The translations under genes and the position numbers were made by a program. Below, one piece after another: positions 41,309 to 51,665 of a stretch of 64,000 bases of DNA. This DNA comes from Polyangiales bacterium (GTDB taxonomy: Bacteria > Myxococcota_A > Polyangia > Polyangiales > Ga0077539). Every line of letters starts with the position of its first letter. Positions within the stretch are counted from its first letter, which is position 1. The notes under the pieces were generated by a model, which was given only the letters and a program-made list of their open reading frames with translations, had not been told where the DNA came from and did no database searches. Location of the stretch: assembly GCA_044229975.1 (NCBI GenBank), contig JBGARZ010000018.1, positions 1 to 64,000 on the forward strand, given 5' to 3'.

Positions 41309-43207
41309 ATGGCGCACAAAGAGGTGGTTGCTCACAGCGTTGGACTGCTGATCCTCGCGCTCGTCACGGGCTGCGCGTCGATGTGCCCGCCTGCCCCGCA
41401 ACACGGGCCGTCTGGCAACATCACGCGCACGATCCGCGGCCTCGACGTCCTCGCGGTCGAAGACCTCGACGAACGGGTGACGCGCGGTACCGCCGCCGCG
41501 AGGTCCGCCGGGGAACTTGCCGCGCTCTGGCGAACCTACGGCCTGCCGACGCCCCTGCCCGAGGTCGACTTCGACCGGTACGTCGTGGTCGCCTGGGCCG
41601 GTCGGGTCACGAGCCACGTGGAGGAGCTCGTCGCCGCCGACCTCTTGAGCGACGGCCAGCTTGCGCCCCTGCTCGAACGCGCTCCTATTGACGACAACGA
41701 GACGGACTGGCGGCGGGTGGTCTACGTGGCGGCCGTTCCGCGCGAGCACCTCCCGCCGACGTTCGTCGTGTCGCTCGAAACCGACGCTGCCGAAAGCAGG
41801 ACGCGTGTGACCCTCGACGCCCGTCCCCAACCGATGCGGGCCGAGCCGGAGCCGCGCGAAGACGACGTCCCGCTCCGCGGAGAGGTGCTCGGGACCGTTC
41901 CGTTGCCGACGAACACCGGGGCGACGCTCGGGAATCTCGACGACCACACGCCCGTGTGGGTGGTGCGTCACGCCGACGGGACGATCAGCGTGCTCGCGGC
42001 GGACGTCGCTTCCACGGAGCACGCGGGCAGCGGGCTCATCGGGGTGCGAGAGGCCGTGATCTGGTTGCCGGAGCGGCAACGCTTCTTCGGCGGCGGCGGA
42101 ACGTTCGACGAATACGGCGCCTCGACGATGGGCCGATACGCGCCCGACCTCGATCGGTACACGTTCGCCGTCGTGCCCGGCGTCCCCCCGCGAGTGGCCG
42201 TGGGGCAGCGCATCGGGGGCACCTCACGCCGCACGGTCGCGCCGTTCCCTTCCGACGAGGCGAACCTGGCAGGGATCGACCCCTACCGGCTCAACGACGG
42301 GTTGCTGCCGTGGCCCACGACGTCACTCGAAGGCGTGCCGCGCCAACCCGAAGGCGCTCTCGTCGTGGTCTCTGCCGCTCTCAGTGCAGCTCCGGACGGG
42401 CCGGTGCGTCTCTGTACACATGCGCCGCCGCTCGGGTGTCCGCCCGAAGCGATCGAGGCACCCGGGGTGACCCGAATGCCATGGAGGAGGCGGATCCTGT
42501 GGTGGGCCGGCCCGCTCCTGGCGCGCGTTCGAGGCGGACGGCTCACGGACATCGTTCGGTTGAGCAGCTCGCAAGGCGGCGACGACGAACGCCACGCCCG
42601 GGAAGAGATCGCTCTATGGGCCTACGAGAGGGCGCAGACGGCGCAGGGCGCGCGCGCCGACCGGAGCTGGATGAGCGGCGAGGCCGTGGGCCTGCGGTTC
42701 GAACTCGGGCTGGGGGCGCTGCTCGGCGCGGGGACGCGCGGCGAGGTCGTCGTCGGTGGAATGCTTCGCTTCGGCCCGCGCTGGTGGGACCCGCCGACCT
42801 GGGAGACGCGAGTGCGTCAGGCGACCAGGGCGGACGACGTGTTCGACACGCTGGTGGGCGACGTGCTCGGCGTCGACCTGCGCCTGCGCTGGTTCGCGCT
42901 CGCGAACGACCGCGACCGCACGGGCTACGGCCTCGCTGTCGGCCTCGCCCCGTCGTTCCAGAACGGCGTCGGCGTGAGCTCGCTGCGGGTTCCGTCGCTG
43001 CTGGGGCTGCTGCCCGAGGTCGGCGTCCTGCTGCGCTCGACCGACCCCGCGCGCGCCTACGTCGCCTTCGCGCCGACGATCGGCGTGCTGCTCGATCGGC
43101 GAAGTGCGGTGGAGTTCGGGGTCACGGCGCTCGTGTACGACGACGGCGACTGGTTCGCGCGCGCCGGCGTGCAGGTCACCGCCGGGGTGACGGCGGTGTT
43201 CCGATGA
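41309..43207 (+). CDS. Multi-domain lipoprotein with a C-terminal beta-barrel-like domain
   Basis: LVTGC lipobox; PEVDF motif; amphipathic beta strands ending VTAVFR. Confidence 0.75.
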   Translation: MAHKEVVAHSVGLLILALVTGCASMCPPAPQHGPSGNITRTIRGLDVLAVEDLDERVTRGTAAARSAGELAALWRTYGLPTPLPEVDFDRYVVVAWAGRVTSHVEELVAADLLSDGQLAPLLERAPIDDNETDWRRVVYVAAVPREHLPPTFVVSLETDAAESRTRVTLDARPQPMRAEPEPREDDVPLRGEVLGTVPLPTNTGATLGNLDDHTPVWVVRHADGTISVLAADVASTEHAGSGLIGVREAVIWLPERQRFFGGGGTFDEYGASTMGRYAPDLDRYTFAVVPGVPPRVAVGQRIGGTSRRTVAPFPSDEANLAGIDPYRLNDGLLPWPTTSLEGVPRQPEGALVVVSAALSAAPDGPVRLCTHAPPLGCPPEAIEAPGVTRMPWRRRILWWAGPLLARVRGGRLTDIVRLSSSQGGDDERHAREEIALWAYERAQTAQGARADRSWMSGEAVGLRFELGLGALLGAGTRGEVVVGGMLRFGPRWWDPPTWETRVRQATRADDVFDTLVGDVLGVDLRLRWFALANDRDRTGYGLAVGLAPSFQNGVGVSSLRVPSLLGLLPEVGVLLRSTDPARAYVAFAPTIGVLLDRRSAVEFGVTALVYDDGDWFARAGVQVTAGVTAVFR

Positions 43208-43869
43208 GAGCGTGGGTCGCGCTCTGCATCGGGGCGGCGGCGCTGGCCGCGCCTGCGTCGGGCTTCGCCCAACCTTCCCTCACTCACACGGGCGTGTTCG
43301 ACCCGGCGAGGATCGGGTGGCCGGCGCGGCCGCCGATGGTTGGGTGGGCGGCGCCGGGTTACGGGAGACTCACGTGGGAGTTCTCCGCCGGTCCCGCGGT
43401 CGCCCTCGACGTCGACCGCGGCGCCCCGTACGTGGGGGCGAGTCTGCGGTGCGCCTGGCTGCCCTCCGCGTACTTCCCCATCAAGTATCCCGACTTCATC
43501 GAATTCTTCGCCGGAGACACCTTCGGAATCGAGCTGCGCGCGCAGATGCTCGTCGGCGTCGGCGAGGCGTCGACGTTGGTCGTCGCGGGCCTCGCGCCCG
43601 TGGTCATGAACGCCGTCGGCGACAGGGACTACGGGAAGAGCCGGTTCCGCGTCCCCACCGTCTTCGGCGCGCTCGTCCCGGAGCTCGGCGTCGCGGTCCG
43701 CGCGGGAGATCCGCGGTTCTACCTGCGCTGGGAGCTGCCGTTCTCCGTGCTCCTGACCAACCGCGTGGCCTTAGAGGCCCGCCCGAGCGTCGCGCTGATC
43801 GACGGCGTCGCGCCCAACGGGAGCACTGGCGTGCTCGCCGCAATCAGCCTGGGCGTGCTGTTGCGGTAG
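43204..43869 (+). CDS. Secreted beta-barrel-like protein homologous to the C-terminus of the upstream gene
   Basis: ATGA overlap; GDTFGIELR..GLAP..RVPT..PELGV versus GDVLGVDLR..GLAP..RVPS..PEVGV. Confidence 0.75.
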   Translation: MRAWVALCIGAAALAAPASGFAQPSLTHTGVFDPARIGWPARPPMVGWAAPGYGRLTWEFSAGPAVALDVDRGAPYVGASLRCAWLPSAYFPIKYPDFIEFFAGDTFGIELRAQMLVGVGEASTLVVAGLAPVVMNAVGDRDYGKSRFRVPTVFGALVPELGVAVRAGDPRFYLRWELPFSVLLTNRVALEARPSVALIDGVAPNGSTGVLAAISLGVLLR

Positions 43870-44127
43870 GTGGAACGCGCCGCGCAACGTCGCAGAACAC
43901 ACCGACGGCGCGGGAGCCATGGGCGTTTGCGCCGAGGCGACGCCTGCAGGCACGAGCAACGCCAATGGCCCAACGGCCACGGCGAGCGCGACGCACGTCG
44001 CCAGTTGCGTCCGCCTGGCCCGCCGCTGCGCCACGCGTCGATGGCAGTCCGTTGGATCCACGAAGGGAGCGTATGTCACTGCAGCGTCCCGGGGGACCTC
44101 TCGTCGAGAGTTCTGTCGGTGCCCGCA

Positions 44128-45210
44128 TCACTCACCGCGGTAGTCGCGCAGCGTCAGGGTCATCCCGGCGAGTCGGCGAGCGCTCCCCCCGCCCGTGAAG
44201 ACCCACTCGAACTGCGGGACGATGAACTCATCGTCGCGCACGCGCACCCGGCAGCGATGCACCGCGCCGCGCGTCTCGCAGGTCGGCCGCGGAGGGGAGA
44301 CCAACCGCGCGGCGATCCCTTCAAGGTCCGGCGCATCCCCGATGAGCGGGTCTTCGAACCAAACCAGCGGCGCGAAAGGCCACGGAGGTTCGGTCGAGTC
44401 GTCGGACGACGGCCTCGGCGTTCGCGCCGGACGAACGCCGAAGGTCAGCACTACGGTCCGAACGTCCGCGTCCGGGAGGGCGCCCAGCCGTAGGCTCCAG
44501 CAGCGTCGGCGGGGCCCGCGCGCCATGCGGGACTGGTCGACCTTGCAGAACGTCACTCCTCGGGGGCTGGCGATGGCGCGCAGCTCGGCGGCCGTTGCCG
44601 TCTGCAGCCGCAGCACCATGTCTTCGGTGGGCGAAGCGTCGGTCGGCGCGGCGAAGTGGGTGAGGGTCGCCGCCCGCTCGCCCACCTCCACGAGCGTGCG
44701 GGCGCCGGCGAGCAGCCAGGAGGCACGCTGCAACTGCGTCGGCTCTCGGAGGGGGGCACTGCGTGTCCATGCAACGACCTCGTCGCCGCCGTCGGGCCGA
44801 TGTTCGAAGAGCAGCAGCTCGGCCTCGCCGTCGCCGTTCAGGTCGAGCACTCCGAAGCGGGGAACGACGTCCGCGATCGCGTCGCCGTCGTGGATGGAGT
44901 CGCTTCCACCGCGGGGCCGTCCTCGGCACCTCGCCCAAAGGAGCGACGTCCGCCCGAGCGCCACCAGCAGGTCGTCCCGCCCGTCGCGGGAGGGCCACAC
45001 GAACTCACCGCGCGGCCTCCCCGCGGGCCAGTCCTGTTCCGCCAGGATCGCCGCCAATTCCCCGCGGGTGCGCTCCGCGTCCTCGATCGGCGGTGACGCG
45101 CGCTCGACGGGGTGGGCTTCGACCGGTGGCGAAGCAGGGGGCGGTCGCGACGTACGCAGCGGGGCCGAGCATGCGACGGTGACGAGCGTCAGCAGAACCC
45201 CGTGCTTCAT
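44128..45210 (-). CDS. Lipoprotein with a DLNGDG motif
   Basis: MKHGVLLTLVTVAC lipobox; LDLNGDGEAELL. Confidence 0.75.
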   Translation of the reverse strand: MKHGVLLTLVTVACSAPLRTSRPPPASPPVEAHPVERASPPIEDAERTRGELAAILAEQDWPAGRPRGEFVWPSRDGRDDLLVALGRTSLLWARCRGRPRGGSDSIHDGDAIADVVPRFGVLDLNGDGEAELLLFEHRPDGGDEVVAWTRSAPLREPTQLQRASWLLAGARTLVEVGERAATLTHFAAPTDASPTEDMVLRLQTATAAELRAIASPRGVTFCKVDQSRMARGPRRRCWSLRLGALPDADVRTVVLTFGVRPARTPRPSSDDSTEPPWPFAPLVWFEDPLIGDAPDLEGIAARLVSPPRPTCETRGAVHRCRVRVRDDEFIVPQFEWVFTGGGSARRLAGMTLTLRDYRGE

Positions 45211-45784
45211 GGGTCCAGCTCGCCGCATCGGTTGCTTCCTCTGGACATGGCCGTCCGTCGAATGTCCCACCGGAGCGACGTGCGACACCACCCATTCGTC
45301 GAGGGGCGCCCGGTCCGCGCCCCGAGCGCGGCCAACTCCGTGGCCTCCGCTGGGCGCCGGGCCTCGTCGTGGCATTGACCCAGCAGCCGCGCCCAGATCT
45401 GCACGCGCACGAGCGCGTCCGTGCGCGTGGTCGGCGAACACCGCGCGGTAGACGCCGGGCGGGAGCGCGACCGCGGCGATCGGCCGACCCATCGCGTCCA
45501 CCGCGACGCCCACGGCGAGCGTCTGGCCTTCGTCCACGGCCAGCCCTGGCTCGTCGCGCTCCACACCAGCGACCTGACGACGCTCGCGCGCCAACCAAGC
45601 CTGGTGCCAGCAGCTCGTGGTGCGCTGACTGACCCAGCGCAGAGGCCCAAGGTGGAGGCTGAACGCGGGCCCGCGGCGGCTCGGGCTGATCGGCGCGAAA
45701 GACTCACGCCCCCGGCGGGGACCTCATCCGCGGTGCCCACCCGTGCGCGTTGACCACCGCGCCCGTCGATGATGGCCTCGTGCG

Positions 45785-47944
45785 ATGCCCGAAAGGCCCC
45801 GCACCCGCCTCGGTGCTCTGTTCGCACCCACCGTCTGGCTCACCTTCGCGAACGCGCTCGCCGCGTCCTGCGCGCGTCCCGTGATGATCCCATCGCCGCC
45901 ACCGCCGGCGCCGCCGCCGCCACACGGTACGACTACGCCCGCACCGCCCGCACCGCCCACACCGCCCGCCGCGGCCCGCGCCGCCGGCCGCACGATGGGC
46001 GCCGACGGGGTGCTCCACGTGCTCATGGGCGAGGGCGAGAGCGCCGTGGTCGCGCGCATGTCCAGCTGCCTCGCGCCGCGTGGAACCGATTTCGTTCGCG
46101 ACGTCGAGCTCCTCCCCGCCCGCGACGCGGTGGCCCTGACGCCCGAAGGAACCTGGGCCGTCGACGCGCGCGGCGACTTCTTCCCCGTGTGGCCCGCGAC
46201 TGCGGCCGCCCGGTGCGCGCGGCGGCCGTGCGTCCCGCGGGAAGTGGCAGGCCACGGTCGCGTGGTGTTCGTGAGCGACTACGGCATCGCGCGCCTGGAG
46301 GACGGAACCGTCGCCCGGCGCACGCGGGCCTCGGCCGGCTGGGTCGTCGACCACCCGTCGCAGCGCGTCGTGGACGTGCACGCCAACGAGTTCAACGCCG
46401 TCTTCTCCCGGCGCGAGCTGCTCGCCAACGGTGACGTGCGCCACGTCGTCGTGCGCGGCAACGGTCGGACACCAGGCGCGACCGACGAGTTCACGACGTC
46501 CCTGTTGCGCGTGCCCGACCCGATCGAGCTGGTCGAGAGCTTCCACGGCGACGCCGCCTGCGTCCGCGGGCGCGGCGGCGACCTGCGATGCGGCGCCCAC
46601 TTCGACCTCCACCGCCACTTTACCCCAGACGCGGGTCGCATCCTCTGGGCGCCACTCGACGTCCCGCCGACGGGGGCCGCGCAGGTCGCGGTGAGCGAGC
46701 GCGAGCTGTGCCGCGTGGGCGTCGGCGGCGAGCTCTCCTGCGCGCAGTTCCTCCCGCAGGACGACTATGGCCCGCGGGGCACGCCTGCGCTCACCTTCAC
46801 ACCCGTCGGGGGCCTCGACGACGTGCGCGAGGTGGGGCTCGGCCACGATGCCGGGTGCGCGCGCCGCCGATCGGGCGAGGTGATGTGCTGGGGGGAGATG
46901 TTCCGCCACGGCGGCGTCGTGCGGCGCGGCCTACCGGTGGCCGTCGGCGGCTTCGACGCCGTCGAGCGCCTGGTGAACCTCGATGGCTACCTCTGCGCGC
47001 TGCAACGCGGGGTCGTCTCGTGCTGGGGCGGCGGCGGCTTCCGTCTCCGCTCCGTCGCGCGCCCGCGGCCCCTCACCGGCGCGAGCGACGCGACGGGGCT
47101 CGCCACCGCCGGCGCCATGCTCTGCGTAACGCGCGCGCCGGGCGGCGTCGGGTGCTGGAGCGGCGACCCGTTCGATTCGTCGCTGTGGATGGCGCGGGGC
47201 CTCCCCGGCGGCGCGCTCCACTCGCTCGTGGGCGCCCGCGGCAAGCTCTACGTCCTCGACGATCGCGCGCAGGCCTGGGTGCTCGACACCCAGGACCGCA
47301 TGACCTTCGCCTTCCGCCGCGCGGCCTCTCTCGACGGCTACGACCACCTTATTGCAGCCGACCAGATCGTCTGCGCCCTGCGCGGGACCGAGCTCCTCTG
47401 CCCGACCGACCGCGACCCGTCGCGCGTCAACGAGGGGAGGGGCCCGTGGTACGCAGAGTCGCGCGCACGCCTGCTGCTGCTCGCCCCGCGGCTCGCGGCG
47501 GGTCAGGGCGCCGAGACCCTGATCGGCCGCTACCCCCGAGAGCTGGCGCCGGACGAGTGGCGCGAGTGGGAGGAGGTCGCGGTGCGCGCGCTGCTGCCGG
47601 GCGGCGTGCGGGCAAGTGGGGCAGAGGGAACGACCTTCTGCCTCCTTGGCGTGAACGGCCGCGTCGCCTGCCGGTGGACCGGCCGCGGATGGCACGGGAT
47701 GGGCGAGAACTACTGCGCGGGCGTCGACCACGGTCTCGGGCCCGCGCTCGTCCCCGGCCTCGACGACGCAGTCGAGCTCCGCGGCGTCGGGGGTCTGAGC
47801 TGCGCCCGCCGCGCCACGGGCGCCGTGGTGTGCTGGGGTTCCAACGAGCTCGGCGTGCTCACGGTCGAGGACGACGAGCACTCGCCAGCCCTCTACAGCC
47901 TCGACGCGATGGTGGCCCGCGCACGCGCCCGCCGCGTACCCTGA
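45785..47944 (+). CDS. RCC1/BLIP-II-like repeat lipoprotein; paralogue of 1176..3239
   Basis: LAASC lipobox; shared PARDAVAL.P.G.WA.DARG, HGGVVRR..PVA, LVPGLDDAVE. Confidence 0.85.
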   Translation: MPERPRTRLGALFAPTVWLTFANALAASCARPVMIPSPPPPAPPPPHGTTTPAPPAPPTPPAAARAAGRTMGADGVLHVLMGEGESAVVARMSSCLAPRGTDFVRDVELLPARDAVALTPEGTWAVDARGDFFPVWPATAAARCARRPCVPREVAGHGRVVFVSDYGIARLEDGTVARRTRASAGWVVDHPSQRVVDVHANEFNAVFSRRELLANGDVRHVVVRGNGRTPGATDEFTTSLLRVPDPIELVESFHGDAACVRGRGGDLRCGAHFDLHRHFTPDAGRILWAPLDVPPTGAAQVAVSERELCRVGVGGELSCAQFLPQDDYGPRGTPALTFTPVGGLDDVREVGLGHDAGCARRRSGEVMCWGEMFRHGGVVRRGLPVAVGGFDAVERLVNLDGYLCALQRGVVSCWGGGGFRLRSVARPRPLTGASDATGLATAGAMLCVTRAPGGVGCWSGDPFDSSLWMARGLPGGALHSLVGARGKLYVLDDRAQAWVLDTQDRMTFAFRRAASLDGYDHLIAADQIVCALRGTELLCPTDRDPSRVNEGRGPWYAESRARLLLLAPRLAAGQGAETLIGRYPRELAPDEWREWEEVAVRALLPGGVRASGAEGTTFCLLGVNGRVACRWTGRGWHGMGENYCAGVDHGLGPALVPGLDDAVELRGVGGLSCARRATGAVVCWGSNELGVLTVEDDEHSPALYSLDAMVARARARRVP

Positions 47945-47976
47945 GCTTCCTGTTTTGCGACGACGACGGGGTCGCC

Positions 47977-48738
47977 ATGAGCGTCTCCCCCGACGGCTAC
48001 CCGGGGATCTCTCGCGGGCCCGATGACCCGTGGCAGCACGTGGCGCCTGACATAGGCGACCCGGCCTTTGAGACGGTCGGCGGGGACCCGCTCACGGCGC
48101 CCCCACGCCTCTCGAGCGACGCCGCGACCGCGCGCGTGCTGCGGCGGGTGGGCGGCTACGACGAACAGTGCCGCGTCGCCGACGCCGGTCACCTCGCGCG
48201 ACTCGACTGCGAGGAGAGCGGCTCGCACGGCGCGGTCACCGCTTCGTCCTCCTTCGTCGACCCCGGCGGCGCGGTCCCGTCGGGCGTCGGCGGCCCGGAC
48301 CCCGCGCGACCCTGTGAGGGTTGCCTCAAGCGCGCCCGATGTCGCGCGCCCTGCGCCCTGCTCGCCCGCCTCGTCCCAGAGGAGGACGTTCCGGTCTGGA
48401 ACGAGGTCTCCTCCCCCGCGCTCATGGAGAGCCGCAGCGTCGATGAGCAGTTCATGGCGATGCCCGAGGCCCTCCTCGCGGACGAGCCCGAGCACCTCTG
48501 GCCCGTGGTCGTCGCGTACTACAGCGGGGCGCGGCTGCGCGCGGCGACGGCCGTGCTGACGCAGCAGCACGTGGCGGGCCAGTACCTCGACGGGGCGAGC
48601 CGCGCCGAGATCGGGACCGGCCGCGGGACCTCGCGCCAGGCCACGCACAAGGTGTTCTGGGCCGCGATCGGGCGACTCCAACGCGAGCTCGGGCCGCTGC
48701 TGCCGCGCAGCGCGCTCGCCGCGTCGACGGTCGACTGA
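47977..48738 (+). CDS. Putative DNA-binding protein: four-Cys cluster plus sigma-70 region 4-like HTH
   Basis: CEGCLKRARCRAPC; LTQQ..YLDGASRAEIG..RGTSRQATHK..AIGRL. Confidence 0.55.
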   Translation: MSVSPDGYPGISRGPDDPWQHVAPDIGDPAFETVGGDPLTAPPRLSSDAATARVLRRVGGYDEQCRVADAGHLARLDCEESGSHGAVTASSSFVDPGGAVPSGVGGPDPARPCEGCLKRARCRAPCALLARLVPEEDVPVWNEVSSPALMESRSVDEQFMAMPEALLADEPEHLWPVVVAYYSGARLRAATAVLTQQHVAGQYLDGASRAEIGTGRGTSRQATHKVFWAAIGRLQRELGPLLPRSALAASTVD

Positions 48739-48740
48739 GG

Positions 48741-48746
48741 TACCTT
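48741..48746 (+). promoter_or_regulatory. -10-like hexamer TACCTT
   Basis: 6 nt before GTG 48753. Confidence 0.6.
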
Positions 48747-48752
48747 CCCCCG

Positions 48753-49223
48753 GTGCGCCCCGCACCCGTGCTGCTGCTCGCCGCCCTCGCCCTCGCGGCG
48801 CCCGCGTCGGCCCAGCGCGAGCCGCCCGACCCGCTGTTCGTCCCCGCGGAGATGCCGACCGGGCGCGGGTGGTTCTGCTTCACGCATCGCCGCGCCAGCC
48901 GCTGCTTCCGTCGCGCGGGCCTCTGCGGGGACACCCGGAGCAGCGCGATCGCGCCGCACGCGCAGGTCGCGTATAGCTGCGGCCCGCCGCGGACCACCGC
49001 GCACTGCCTGCGCGTCGAGTGGCGGTGGGGCCCCTACGTGCGGTGCGCGCCGACGGCCGCGCTCTGCCGGGCGGAACGACGTCGGCTGACAACGCCGCCG
49101 CCGCCACACCAGCCAAACACGCCCGATCTCCCGCCCCCGACTGGCGTCTCGCGCTGCCACGCCGTGGGGGACGTCCCGTCGCGAGCCTCGACCGCTCAGG
49201 GTGACGCGCAGCCCGAGGGGTGA
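48753..49223 (+). CDS. Small secreted Cys-rich protein; paralogue of 58872..59360
   Basis: MRPA..AQRE.PDPLF, TAHCL, CAPTA..CRA.RRRLT, CHAVGDV. Confidence 0.8.
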   Translation: MRPAPVLLLAALALAAPASAQREPPDPLFVPAEMPTGRGWFCFTHRRASRCFRRAGLCGDTRSSAIAPHAQVAYSCGPPRTTAHCLRVEWRWGPYVRCAPTAALCRAERRRLTTPPPPHQPNTPDLPPPTGVSRCHAVGDVPSRASTAQGDAQPEG

Positions 49224-49641
49224 TGCAGCCCTTCGACTACGCCTTCCTCGACGCCGTGCTCCCCCACGTCCCGCGGTCGTGGAGGTCGCCGCGAACAACG
49301 GCAGCTTCACCGCGATGGCCCTGCCCGGCGCGATGCCCGCCAACGCCGCGCGGTACCTGCTCCAGGTCGAGCCCGTGGCCGTCGCCTACCAGCTCCTCAG
49401 CGTACCGTTCGTATGGCGGCAGACCACGGGGGGAAGCGCGACGGCTTCCCCTTCGTTGTCCACACCTTGCAGAGAATCTGCTCACCGTCTCGCATCAGCC
49501 CGTGAGCTGAAACGAACAGACTATCAGCGACAATCTCAACTTTCTTTCAACGAGCGCATGCACGCGATCTCCTCCACGGCGATCGCGCTCTTTGGTTACT
49601 TTGCTTGTCCGGCCACGATCGGTTCGGGGCAGTGGCCCCGG

Positions 49642-50823
49642 TCAGTGGTCTCCTTCCCAATCAAAGTGGCAGAGCCGTTCGAGCGGTTCGGTCGGGAGCG
49701 TGTTTCCTTCGGGTTCCAGACGGAACAGGTCCTCGTTCCAGTGCAGCAAGAGACTGCGATGCGGACGCAGGCAGTCGACGCGGATCGAACCATCAGGAAG
49801 CCCATTCCATCGACATCCGCCGGCGACGAGTTCGTGGAGGTGGAGCACCGAGACGATCGTCCCGCAGGGGTGCCAGCGTGCAAGGGTTATGTCTTCCACC
49901 TGGTCTCTCACGAGGGGCGGTCGATCCGTGCAGGTGTACATCTGATAGGGCGGTGTCACGTCGACGCGGAAGTAGGTCGCGGCCCCGGCGCGGATCACGC
50001 CGCCGTACTCCGTCGAGACGTGGTTTCTCTCGTTGCCCCCGTGGCCGTTGGTGTCTCCGTCGACCGAGATGGGGGTCGCGCGCCATCCGTCGGGACCTCG
50101 CCAGCGCAGCACGGTGACCGCCGCGAAGTATCCTTCATCCCCGGAGCGATCACACAGCTCCGCGTGGTTGTGGAGTCGTAGGACGCTGTCGGGCTGGCCG
50201 TCGCCGGTCGCGTCGACCCGCGTGACCTCCTCGTCCCCGGGCTGTGCACCGCAGCGCAGTGGCCCGACCGGAGAACGGAACGCCCCCCGACGCGTGTAGA
50301 GCCCCCACGGCCGACGGCAGATATTTGCGATCTGTGCCGCGCGTTCGTCGGGGCTTTCGGGGCCTGGAATCCCGACGCGAATGGGGCATGCCTCTCCGAA
50401 CTCCGTCGCGCGTACGAAGGCCCAGCCGGCCGCGCCGTCCTCGATCACCCGCACATGGGCGAGCACCGCCGGGTCATCGGCACCACGTGCGACGTCCCGC
50501 CGGACCCCGTCGGCAACCGCAAGCACAGCGACCGTCGTCCCAGCGGCGAGCAGGCGCCCCTCCGAGAAGGCCGTCGCGCGCGGTCGCAGGTGCCCGCCGC
50601 TTCGCAGGACCGCCGTGCAGGTCGGCGCCGCGTCGACCGTCGCGATGGGCGTGGAGGCTATACTCGCTTCGAGCACCATCGCGTCCCCCGTGGGACCAGC
50701 GTCGATGGGCGGTACCTCACGAACCGCGGGTGTCGCTGAGATCATCGCGAGGGGCGTCGGTCGCGTTGACGAGACACAGCCGAGCAGGAACGACACGACC
50801 ACGAACCGTGGGCAGCAGGCCAT
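49642..50823 (-). CDS. Lipoprotein with an SH3b-like N-terminal domain; paralogue of 62095..63240
   Basis: LLGC lipobox; CTA.LR...HLRP..LAAG..V.VL..VRV...G..G..FV..CP; DATGDGQPD. Confidence 0.75.
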   Translation of the reverse strand: MACCPRFVVVSFLLGCVSSTRPTPLAMISATPAVREVPPIDAGPTGDAMVLEASIASTPIATVDAAPTCTAVLRSGGHLRPRATAFSEGRLLAAGTTVAVLAVADGVRRDVARGADDPAVLAHVRVIEDGAAGWAFVRATEFGEACPIRVGIPGPESPDERAAQIANICRRPWGLYTRRGAFRSPVGPLRCGAQPGDEEVTRVDATGDGQPDSVLRLHNHAELCDRSGDEGYFAAVTVLRWRGPDGWRATPISVDGDTNGHGGNERNHVSTEYGGVIRAGAATYFRVDVTPPYQMYTCTDRPPLVRDQVEDITLARWHPCGTIVSVLHLHELVAGGCRWNGLPDGSIRVDCLRPHRSLLLHWNEDLFRLEPEGNTLPTEPLERLCHFDWEGDH

Positions 50824-51665
50824 GAGCGCGTGGTTACACCGACGCGGTGACGTTGCGATCGTCTTGAAATCTCGTTGGATCATCCGTGTTCGGGACCAAA
50901 AAGCACGGCCTGTGCCTGATCTTCGACCATCTCCGCGAGCGTCCCGCAGGCGTCCGGCGAGCCCGCCTCGCAGCCGATGCGGTCGCGGCGGATGTCGCGC
51001 GCGGCCATGAAGCAGAGCAGTCCGCGCTCGCGCTCGCTAATATCGCCGGTGACGCAGTGCCGCACCATCGCCGCCGAGGACGAGATGTCGAAGGCGTCGC
51101 CGACAGCGCGCCGTGGCGGGGACGGAGCAGTGCGTCGAGCGCGGCTGACGGGGGGCTGAGAGGAGCGCGAAGAGGGGCCGCATCGGGAGTCCCGTCTTCG
51201 CGCCAATGCGTCCTGCTTGTCGAGGGTGGGCAGCGTAGCCTCGCGCTGTGGACCTCTCGCTCGAACAGTTTCCCATCCGCGCCGACCGCCCGGCGGACGA
51301 CAGGTTCTACTACACGCTCCACGACGCGCTCCGGCGCGAGCTCGGGCTCCCCGACGACGCGGTCATCGCCTGCGGCGGCGGCTGGGGAGCACGGCCGAAG
51401 GGCGTTCGCACCTGGCCGCGGCCAGGCAGGACGCTACGCGGCGGGCTCCGCGTGCCCGGCACCCGCAAGTCCACCTACGCCGAGGTAGTGCTGGTCGGCT
51501 ACGCGCTCTTCGATGACGACGACGTCGCCATCGAAGAGCGGCGACCTCAACCGCGCGATGCCCGGCCCCGCGCCAGTGTCAACGTTGCCCACGCCCAGTC
51601 GATACGTTCCGACCGGCACCCTCGACGGCGGGCGCGGTCCCCTCGGCCTCCGGCTCGACCGCTCG

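Noticed and set aside
45370..45570. Possible GyrI-like effector-domain fragment on the minus strand (VALPPGVY..VF)
   Set aside because: Too short and degenerate to call without a search
50880..51660. Protein-like fragments on both strands
   Set aside because: Probably more gene scraps, but no family or boundaries could be supported
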